This document shows positions 17,810-25,347 of a stretch of DNA of 64,000 nucleotides, in pieces. The translations under genes and the position numbers were made by a program. The notes under the pieces were generated by a model. That model searched no databases. It was not told where the DNA came from and saw only the letters and a program-made list of their open reading frames with translations. The stretch's first letter is position 1. Each line of letters begins with the position of its first letter. The stretch spans positions 1,344,001-1,408,000 of the forward strand of contig CAVXGK010000001.1 of assembly GCA_963761305.1 (NCBI GenBank). The letters are read 5' to 3'. The DNA comes from an uncultured Gemmatimonadaceae bacterium. Lineage in GTDB: Bacteria; Gemmatimonadota; Gemmatimonadetes; Gemmatimonadales; Gemmatimonadaceae.

Positions 17810-19510
17810 TCAATAACCCGCAGCGTGCCCATCCTTTCTCGGATCCGACGCCGCCGCGTAGCCGTGGGCGAGCTTGATGATCGCCTGGCTCCCGCCGAAC
17901 TGCGACGGCTTGGCGATGCTCACGTCGTGACCCATCGCCTTGAGGCCCGCGATGACACTGTCCGGGATCGCCGGCTCTACGATCACGCGCGTGCCCTCCA
18001 TGTGGCGGAAGCGCCCCTGGTCCATCGCTTCCTGCAGATCCATTCCGAACACCAGCAGGTTGATCAGGAACTGCGCGTGTCCCTGCGCCTGCATCGCGCC
18101 GCCCATCAGTCCGAAGCTCATGTACGGCTCGTCGCCGCTGCCGTCGGCCGACGGATTCGGTCCCGGCTTGGTTACGAATCCTGGAATGAGCGTATGGAAA
18201 GGACGCTTGCCCGGCGCCACCGTGTTCGGGAGATTCGGCTCCATCGTGAACCCCGCGCCGCGATCCTGCAGCGCGAAGCCCGTGCCCGGCGCGACGATCC
18301 CCGATCCGAACTCGTCGAACAAGCTGTTGATGAACGACACCATGTTGCCGTCCTTGTCGGCAACGGTGAGATAGATCGTTTCGCTCGACGTGCGACCCGG
18401 ACCCGGATCGACGTGCGTCTGCGCCTTGTGCTCGTCGATGTGGCTCCGACGCTCGGCGATGAACGGGTCGGAAAGAATCTGGCTGGGCGGAATCGTGAGA
18501 TGGTCGGCGTCGCCGTCGTACCGCGCGAGATCCGCGTAGGCAAGCTTCTTCGCTTCGATCAAGTGATGGAGGTACGGCGCGCTGTTCGCGCCCATCGACT
18601 TGAGATCATATGAGTCGAGAATGCGCAGCATCTCGAGCGCGGCGATTCCCTGGTTGTTCGGCGGCAATTCCCAAATGCGATAGCCCTTGAACGTCGTCGA
18701 GATCGGCGTCACCCACGTCGGCTCGTTCTTCTTGAGATCGTCGAGCGTGAGGAAGCCGTTGAGCTCTTTGATTCGCGCGATGATCTTCTGTCCCAGTTCG
18801 CCGCCATAGATCGCCGACGGTCCGTCCTTGGCGATGAGACGCAGCGAGTTGGCCATGTCCGGATTCTTGAACCAGTCGCCGGCCTTCGGCGTGTGGCCGC
18901 CGGGCATGAACGTCGCCGTCGCCCCCGGATCACTCTGCAAGCGGCGCGTCGCGCCCGACCAATCGCCCGAGATCACCGGCGTGACGACGAATCCATTCTC
19001 GGCGTAGCCGATCGCCGGCTGCAGCGCCTTCGCGAGCGTGAAGGTGCCGTACTTCTTGAGCAGCGCGTCCCAACCGCCGACCGCGCCAGGAACAGTGACC
19101 GTCTCGACGCCGCTCGACGGCATGCGCGTGCGGCCGCGCTTGATCAACTCCTCGCGCGTCATCAACGATCCCGCTCGGCCGCTCGCGTTGAGCGCGATGA
19201 GCTTCTTGTCCTTCGCGCTCCAGATGAGCGCGAACATGTCGCCGCCCGGGCCGGTCATCATCGGTTCGACGACGGCGAGAACGCCCGCCGCCGTCACCGC
19301 GGCGTCGATCGCGTTGCCGCCATGCTCGAGCACTTCGACGGCGGCGCTGGTGGCGAGCGGTTGGCTCGTCGCGGCGACGCCGTTCGGCACGTAGACGGTG
19401 GATCGGCCGGCCATGGTCAACGGTCGTTGGGCGCTGAGGTTCGTTGCGATTGTGAAAACCGCAGAGACACCGAGAACGCGGAGGGATGAACGGGAAGACA
19501 GGAAGGGCAT
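17810..19510 (-). CDS. Second gamma-glutamyltransferase family protein (YwrD-like)
   Basis: GGNAIDAAV, EPMMTGPGGD, ELPPNNQG, nucleophile SETIYL, KRPFHTLIPG, DPRKDG; signal peptide. Confidence 0.9.
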   Translation of the reverse strand: MPFLSSRSSLRVLGVSAVFTIATNLSAQRPLTMAGRSTVYVPNGVAATSQPLATSAAVEVLEHGGNAIDAAVTAAGVLAVVEPMMTGPGGDMFALIWSAKDKKLIALNASGRAGSLMTREELIKRGRTRMPSSGVETVTVPGAVGGWDALLKKYGTFTLAKALQPAIGYAENGFVVTPVISGDWSGATRRLQSDPGATATFMPGGHTPKAGDWFKNPDMANSLRLIAKDGPSAIYGGELGQKIIARIKELNGFLTLDDLKKNEPTWVTPISTTFKGYRIWELPPNNQGIAALEMLRILDSYDLKSMGANSAPYLHHLIEAKKLAYADLARYDGDADHLTIPPSQILSDPFIAERRSHIDEHKAQTHVDPGPGRTSSETIYLTVADKDGNMVSFINSLFDEFGSGIVAPGTGFALQDRGAGFTMEPNLPNTVAPGKRPFHTLIPGFVTKPGPNPSADGSGDEPYMSFGLMGGAMQAQGHAQFLINLLVFGMDLQEAMDQGRFRHMEGTRVIVEPAIPDSVIAGLKAMGHDVSIAKPSQFGGSQAIIKLAHGYAAASDPRKDGHAAGY

Positions 19511-19583
19511 CGGGTTTGGTCTCCGGCAGTCTTACGGAAGCATCGAGGCGGTGCCACAGCGCTCAACGATACCGCGCCGAGTA

Positions 19584-20156
19584 TCACGCGTCGAGCGCGG
19601 CGAGATCGTCGGGCGTGTCGACGTCGCGCGGCGCGTCGGCGTCCACGTCGACGAAGGCGACGCGCGTCGCGTCGCGGGTGATCAGGTCCCGCGCGCCGAC
19701 GTCGCCGGTGACCGACGTCACTTCATTGAACACGGCGCGTCCGAGGAGCACGGGATGGCCCTGCACGCCGCGGTAGCGCGTCGCGACGATCGGCTTTCTC
19801 GCGTCCCGCCAGACGGAGACGACGCGGCGCACGACGTCCGGATCGATTCCCGGCTGGTCGCCGAGCGCGATGACGGCCGCCTCGGTGTCGGATGGCGCGG
19901 CGCTCACGCCGAGCCGGAGCGACGTTGACAGTCCGTCGGCCCACCGGACGTTGCCGACAATCGTCGCATCGATGCCGGACAGCGCGGCGATCACCCTGTC
20001 CGCTTCCGATCCGACGACGACAACAAGGTGATCGACGACCGACGCGAGCGTGCGCGCCGCCGTCGCGACGATCGGCCAGCCGTTCACGTGCGCGAGCAGC
20101 TTCTGCGATCCGAACCGGCTGCCGCCGCCCGCGGCCAGCAGCACGCCGACGATCAT
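19584..20156 (-). CDS. Molybdenum cofactor cytidylyltransferase (MocA/YgfJ-like)
   Basis: LLAAGGGSRFGSQKLL, GLSTSLRLG, ALGDQP, GHPV, GDVGAR, DVDTPDD. Confidence 0.85.
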   Translation of the reverse strand: MIVGVLLAAGGGSRFGSQKLLAHVNGWPIVATAARTLASVVDHLVVVVGSEADRVIAALSGIDATIVGNVRWADGLSTSLRLGVSAAPSDTEAAVIALGDQPGIDPDVVRRVVSVWRDARKPIVATRYRGVQGHPVLLGRAVFNEVTSVTGDVGARDLITRDATRVAFVDVDADAPRDVDTPDDLAALDA

Positions 20157-20536
20157 GGCTCGGCCGTCGCGAGCGACGACGCCGCGCGCCGCAACGTCTC
20201 GAGCGGAAGCAGCGCGCACTTCCGCCGCGCGGCCGGCGGCTCGCCTTCAAGCGACGCGAAGAGCCACGCTTCGTCGACGCGCGTCGCCGCGTCGACGCGC
20301 ATGCCGCGCACGTGTTCGGTGAGCACGGAAGCCGACGCGACGCACAGCGCGCACGCGTCGGCGGTGAACCGCGCGTCGGCGATCGTGCCGCCCCCCTGCT
20401 CCTCGCGCAGCTCGATGCGCACGACGTCGCCACAGAGCGGATTCGCCGCCTCGGCCGACGCGTCCGCGTGGTCGAGCGGGCCGCGATTCTTCGGATTGCG
20501 AAAGTGCTCCAGCACCACGGAGCGCAACGTGCTCAC
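20153..20536 (-). CDS. IscU/SufU (NifU N-terminal) family protein
   Basis: LEHFRNPKNRG, NPLCGD, ACALCVASAS, RRKCA (three conserved Cys). Confidence 0.88.
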   Translation of the reverse strand: MSTLRSVVLEHFRNPKNRGPLDHADASAEAANPLCGDVVRIELREEQGGGTIADARFTADACALCVASASVLTEHVRGMRVDAATRVDEAWLFASLEGEPPAARRKCALLPLETLRRAASSLATAEP

Positions 20537-21510
20537 GACGTCTTTCCGTTCCGCACCGCGACGACCTCGGCGAGAATCGACAGCGCGACCTCCTCCGGGC
20601 GTTTGCCGCCGATGTCGATGCCGATCGGCGTGCGCACGCGAGCCAGCTCGTCGGCGGTGAAGCCTTCGCCGGCCAGCATGTCGCGCACCGCCGCGCCGCG
20701 CTTGCGGCTGCCGAGCAGTCCGACGTAGCCGACCGGCGCGCGAAGCACGTGTCGAAGAACCGGCAGCTCGTACTTGTAGTCGTGGGCCACGAGCACGACA
20801 GCCACGTTTTTATTGCTCGGGATTCGAGCGACGATCTCGGACGGCATGCCGACGCGAATTTCATCCGCGTCGGGAAAGCGATCCGATGTCGCATAGCGCT
20901 CGCGGCCGTCGACGATGATCGTGCGCATGTCGAACTCGCGCGCGAGTCGAGTGAGCGTCATCGCGATCTGCCCGGCGCCGACGATGACGAGCGTCAGCGG
21001 CGGCGAGACGCGATCGAGAAACACAGGCAGCGCCGGATCGATGTCGTCGACGTCCGATGCGGGAACGGTCCGCGGCGCGATCGATGGGTCGAGCGGCGTG
21101 ACGATCACCGCGGCCTCGCCGGCCTCGAGCAGCTCGAGGGCCTCGCGGTGCGCGATGACCGTCGGATCCGTCTCCAACGAGGGCACGACGCGGGTGAGCA
21201 GCACGTCGAGCGTGCCGCCGCAGGTGAGGCCGATCTCCCACGCTTCGTCGTCGTCGAGCGAGATCGAGAGCAACCGCTGCCCGCCAGCGACGACGAGCGC
21301 GTCCGCCGCCTCGATCACCTGCGCGTCGACGCAGCCGCCGATGGTGACGCCGCCGATGATCCGTCCGCTGTGCCCGACGATCATCTTGGCGCCGATTTTC
21401 TTCGACGACCCGCCACCCGTCGCGCCGACGAGCGTCGCCAGCGCCACCGCCGGCTCGTCGCGCAGCGCGGGATCAGTCGGGTCGATCAGTCCGAACGGGT
21501 TCGGCATCAC
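20533..21510 (-). CDS. XdhC/CoxI family Moco-insertion chaperone
   Basis: GAKM, IGGCVD, IGLTCGG, VGAG, YVGLLGSRKR, PIGIDIGG..PEEVALSILAE. Confidence 0.9.
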   Translation of the reverse strand: MMPNPFGLIDPTDPALRDEPAVALATLVGATGGGSSKKIGAKMIVGHSGRIIGGVTIGGCVDAQVIEAADALVVAGGQRLLSISLDDDEAWEIGLTCGGTLDVLLTRVVPSLETDPTVIAHREALELLEAGEAAVIVTPLDPSIAPRTVPASDVDDIDPALPVFLDRVSPPLTLVIVGAGQIAMTLTRLAREFDMRTIIVDGRERYATSDRFPDADEIRVGMPSEIVARIPSNKNVAVVLVAHDYKYELPVLRHVLRAPVGYVGLLGSRKRGAAVRDMLAGEGFTADELARVRTPIGIDIGGKRPEEVALSILAEVVAVRNGKTS

Positions 21511-21606
21511 TCGATAGTCTGCGCGGCCGCACGCCGATAGACAACGGGGCCTGGCCGCGGATCTCGCTGACGACGGCCGCTAAGGCGCCCGCTAGGCATC
21601 GACGAT

Positions 21607-21771
21607 TGGAACACGGACACAGATGGATCGGACGGACACAAACGGAGACTGCTTCGAATTGAACGGCGAATCCGGGCCCATGCCGGCCTCGTGCTCCGAT
21701 ATCAATTCGAGCAACACCAACAAATGTCTTCTCCGTTTGTTTCCGTTAGATCCGTCTGTGTCCGTATTCCA
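21607..21771. repeat. 165-bp element bounded by about 41-bp imperfect inverted repeats (REP/MITE-like)
   Basis: Left arm GGAACACGGACACAGATGGATCGGACGGACACAAACGGAGA versus reverse complement of right arm GGAATACGGACACAGACGGATCTAACGGAAACAAACGGAGA; inner inverted repeat TCGAATTGA/TCAATTCGA. Confidence 0.85.
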
Positions 21772-21841
21772 CTCGTTATGGCCAGACCCGCGACCGAGGA
21801 TCGCGCCGTCAAGTGGAGCCGCAGCGCGAAACTGGCAGCTT

Positions 21842-22612
21842 CTATTCAGTGAGATTCGCTCGGCGCAGCACGTCGAGCCACAGGGCCCGCACCTGGTGCG
21901 CCCCCTTCGCGTTGGGCTCGATGAGCGAGCGACGCCAATACCATCGGTCGGATTCGGCGGCGCTCACGCCGTGGCCGAGGAAGTGGGCGTGCACGTCGGC
22001 CAGAAGAGTGCGCGGGGTGCCGGCGGCGAGCGTGCGAACGTGCGCGTTGAATCGGTCGAGGATCTCGAGCGGAAGCGGGCCGGCATCGTCGTACACGCCG
22101 GGAATCCGGCCGGTGCCGTCGGAGGGATCGTAGACCGTCGCGATGACGAACGTTCCAGCAGGCAGCTTCGTGCGCAGCGTGTCGAGCAGAAAATCGTACG
22201 CGTCGGCGATGTCGTTCTCGATGCGGTCGAGGAGCGAGCGCCGTGCGCGGCCGCTGTAGGCGCTCAGCAGGTCGTTGCCGCCGATGGTGAGCGTGACGAG
22301 TGTCGGCTCGTCGGTTTCGTCGAGCTGCGTCATCTGCTCGCCGAAGACGTCGCCGATCGTCGCGCCGTCGATCGCCAGGTTGCGAAAGTCGATCGCCGGC
22401 ATGCGCGTCACGAGATCGTCGGCCGTGAATTCGGGCCAGCGGTCGACGTCATTCCTGTAGAGCAGCGAGGCGGCGCCGAGCGGCGCGACGCGTCCCGCCG
22501 CTGGATCGTGCTCGAGCGCGACGGCGACATCCACGTCGCCCGCGTCGAGCGCCGGATACAGGTCGATCGACACGGAATCGCCGAGCGCGACGTACCGAGC
22601 GAACTCGATCAC
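21842..22612 (-). CDS. SGNH/GDSL hydrolase
   Basis: YVALGDSVS, NLAIDGAT, TIGGNDLL, IEPNAKG; GTG start at 22612 within ORF 21842..23215. Confidence 0.8.
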   Translation of the reverse strand: MIEFARYVALGDSVSIDLYPALDAGDVDVAVALEHDPAAGRVAPLGAASLLYRNDVDRWPEFTADDLVTRMPAIDFRNLAIDGATIGDVFGEQMTQLDETDEPTLVTLTIGGNDLLSAYSGRARRSLLDRIENDIADAYDFLLDTLRTKLPAGTFVIATVYDPSDGTGRIPGVYDDAGPLPLEILDRFNAHVRTLAAGTPRTLLADVHAHFLGHGVSAAESDRWYWRRSLIEPNAKGAHQVRALWLDVLRRANLTE

Positions 22613-22623
22613 GCGCGCGAGCG

Positions 22624-23847
22624 TCAGACGGTGAGGGGGACGCGAAGCCCGCGCGTCGCCAGCACGCGCGCCACGACGTCGCCGATTTTGTTGTTCGGCG
22701 TGCTCGCGCCCGCCGTGATCCCGACGCGCACCGGGCCGGCCGGAAGCCACTCGCGCGCGTCGGCTTCGTCGTGCTGCACCTGCGCGACCCGGAAGTGGAT
22801 CGAGCGCGCATCGGGATCGATCCCTGCCGACGACTCGATGTGATACGACGGCACGCGCTCGGCGCAGAGCGCGGCGAGCGAGATCGTGTTGCTCGAGTTG
22901 AACCCGCCGATCACCACCATCGCGTCGACGCCGGCGTCGAGCAGCTCGCGCACGGCGTCCTGCCGTTCCTGCGTCGCGCTGCAGATGGTGTCGAAGCTGC
23001 GGAAGTCGGTCGCTCGCGCCGCGTCGCCGCGCGCCCGGCCGATCGCGTCGCCGACTTCGGCGGCGATCGCCAGCGACTCGCGCGCCAGCATCGTGGTCTG
23101 GTTGGCGACGCCGATCCGCTGCAGGTGGCGCGTGGGATCGAACCCGGGCGAGACGGCGCGCGAAAACGTCTGCATCAGCGACTCGGCCGGCACGCCGCCT
23201 TCTATGTATCCGCACACGACCTTGGCTTCGTCCATGTTGCGCACGATCAGGTAGTGTCCGTCGGGGTATTTTCGTACTTGCGACGCCGTGGCGCGCGTCT
23301 CTTCATGGTAGTATTTGCCGTGGATGAGCGCCGTGAAGGCGTCCTTGGCGTAGCTCTCGACGCGCTTCCACACGTTGAGCACCGAACCACACGTCGTGTC
23401 GACGAGGATGCAGCCCGCGTCGCGCAGCGCGGCGAAATCGTCGATCGTCACGCCGAACGCCGGCAGGATCACCACGTCCTCGGGCCTAATCGACGAGAAG
23501 TCGAAGCCCTTCTTCCCGGGCAATAAGATCTCGATCCCCATCCCCCGCAGCCGTTCGTTGACGTGCGGGTTGTGAATGATCTCGCCGACGAGCACGATGC
23601 GCCGCTCGGGGAACTTGCGTCGCGTCTGGTATGCGTACTCGACGGCGCGCTCCACGCCGTAGCAGAAACCGAACTCGCGCGCGAGGCGAATCGTGACGTC
23701 GTCGACGACGAGCGTGTAGTCGTTCGACTTGAGGAGATCGACGACGCGGCCGTCGTAGTCGGCGGAGAGATCGTCGCGGACTTCGGCGGCCAGCCCGAAT
23801 CCTCGCCGGAAGTACGTCGACGGATCGGGCGATGGAGACATGCTCAC
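22624..23847 (-). CDS. ispH: 4-hydroxy-3-methylbut-2-enyl diphosphate reductase
   Basis: FGFCYGVERA, EIIHNP, DTTC, HEET, DTICSATQERQ, NSSNT, GITAGASTP; alternative ATG at 23841. Confidence 0.95.
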   Translation of the reverse strand: MSMSPSPDPSTYFRRGFGLAAEVRDDLSADYDGRVVDLLKSNDYTLVVDDVTIRLAREFGFCYGVERAVEYAYQTRRKFPERRIVLVGEIIHNPHVNERLRGMGIEILLPGKKGFDFSSIRPEDVVILPAFGVTIDDFAALRDAGCILVDTTCGSVLNVWKRVESYAKDAFTALIHGKYYHEETRATASQVRKYPDGHYLIVRNMDEAKVVCGYIEGGVPAESLMQTFSRAVSPGFDPTRHLQRIGVANQTTMLARESLAIAAEVGDAIGRARGDAARATDFRSFDTICSATQERQDAVRELLDAGVDAMVVIGGFNSSNTISLAALCAERVPSYHIESSAGIDPDARSIHFRVAQVQHDEADAREWLPAGPVRVGITAGASTPNNKIGDVVARVLATRGLRVPLTV

Positions 23848-24021
23848 AAATCTAGCGCGTGAAGCGACTCGATCGTGGTTGAATCCGCCGCGTTGCCCCG
23901 GATACCAATCGCGACGCGTTCGTCAAGTGGTCGCGATCAGTAACCGCCAAGTCGCGCACGCTTGCGAGTTCTTGCTACGCGAATCGCGTCGCGGTATGCT
24001 TGTCGTCCCTCGCCACGATCG

Positions 24022-24690
24022 ATGCTCACGTTCACTTCTACCTCCGACGCCGCTAGCCTGGCCTACGTGCCGCGCCCGATGGGCGAACGGTCTCCGTTCG
24101 TTTTCGTCGGCGAGCGTCTCTGGCTCGACTTCGTGAACTCCGAGTTCGGCATTCGTCGCTTCGACGCGCTGCGCGACTTCGACGCGATGGTGCGTTGGCT
24201 CGAGGCCGCCGCCGTGCTCGACGCCGAACGCGCCGGCGGCATTCGCCGCCGCGCCCAACAGCAGCCGGCCGGCGCGGCCGCGTCCCTGATCGACGCGCGA
24301 CGGGTGCGCGCCGCGCTTCGCTCGCTCGCCGAACGCGGCCCGCTCAGCGATCGCGTGCGCTTCGACGGACTCGGCGAGATCAATCGTGTGCTCGGCCGCA
24401 GCGCCGGCACGCGACGCGTCGAGCTGCGTACCGACGGCACGTTCATTCGCTCGTTCGTGCCGGTGGGCGACGCGTTCGCCGGCCTCGTCATCCCGATCGT
24501 CGAGTCGGCGGCCGACGCGCTCATTCTCGGCGAATTGCCGCGCGTGCGTCGCTGCGCCGACCCGCGATGCCAGCGCGTGTTCTTCGACAACACGAAGAAC
24601 GGACGCCGCCGCTGGTGCGACATGTCGACGTGCGGCAATCGCGCGAAAGCGGCGCGGCACCGGGAGAAGCTCAGGTCTCCCCACGATTGA
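24022..24690 (+). CDS. ABATE domain / CGNR zinc-finger protein
   Basis: LWLDFVNS N-terminus; C-terminal RRCADPRC..VFFDNTKNGRRRWCDMSTCGNRAK. Confidence 0.9.
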   Translation: MLTFTSTSDAASLAYVPRPMGERSPFVFVGERLWLDFVNSEFGIRRFDALRDFDAMVRWLEAAAVLDAERAGGIRRRAQQQPAGAAASLIDARRVRAALRSLAERGPLSDRVRFDGLGEINRVLGRSAGTRRVELRTDGTFIRSFVPVGDAFAGLVIPIVESAADALILGELPRVRRCADPRCQRVFFDNTKNGRRRWCDMSTCGNRAKAARHREKLRSPHD

Positions 24691-25214
24691 GCCGCGAAGT
24701 CGAGGTCGTGCGCACCTACCTCGAGTTGCGATCGCCCGAGCAGTTGCGAGCCGCCCTCACCAACGCTGACGCCACCGATCCGTCGGTGGCGTTCGTGCAT
24801 CGGCCCGCGATCGCCGTCGCGGCATACCGGCGGCTGTACGAGGCGGTCGGCGACCGCTGGTACTGGCGGGACCGCAACGCGTGGACCGACGATCGCCTCG
24901 CGGCGCATTTGGCGCGGCCGGAGATCTCCGTGTGGGAGTGCGTCGTCGACGGTGCGAGCGCGGGCTTCTTCGAGTTGGAAAAGCGCGACGACGGCTCGGT
25001 GGAGATCGCGTACTTCGGACTGATCGAGCGCATGATCGGCCGGGGCCTAGGTGGGGCGATGCTGACACACGCGGCGAGAGAAGCATGGGCGCTCGGCGCG
25101 AACCGCGTTTGGCTGCACACGTGCACGCTGGACTCGCCGCATGCTTTGCCCAACTACAAGGCGCGGGGGTTCGAGCCCTTCCAAACCGAGACCTACGTGG
25201 CGGCCGTGGACTGA
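24687..25214 (+). CDS. GNAT family N-acetyltransferase
   Basis: TTG start overlapping upstream TGA; IAYFGL...IGRGLGG acetyl-CoA motif; RVWLHTCTLDSPHALPNY..RGF. Confidence 0.85.
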   Translation: MSREVEVVRTYLELRSPEQLRAALTNADATDPSVAFVHRPAIAVAAYRRLYEAVGDRWYWRDRNAWTDDRLAAHLARPEISVWECVVDGASAGFFELEKRDDGSVEIAYFGLIERMIGRGLGGAMLTHAAREAWALGANRVWLHTCTLDSPHALPNYKARGFEPFQTETYVAAVD

Positions 25215-25215
25215 C

Positions 25216-25272
25216 GCTGATGTTGTTGCTGATGCTGTTGCTGTTGCTGATGCTGTTGCTGTTGCTGATGCT
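25216..25272. repeat. Hexamer microsatellite (GCTGAT/GCTGTT) x about 9.5
   Basis: gctgat gttgtt gctgat gctgtt gctgtt gctgat gctgtt gctgtt gctgat gct directly after the GNAT stop. Confidence 0.9.
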
Positions 25273-25347
25273 AGAGTGCCGGCCCAGCAGTGATCGCCAT
25301 CAGGCCACGACCGCCAGTCGAAGAAGCACAGGCGACAGCATCGGTCT

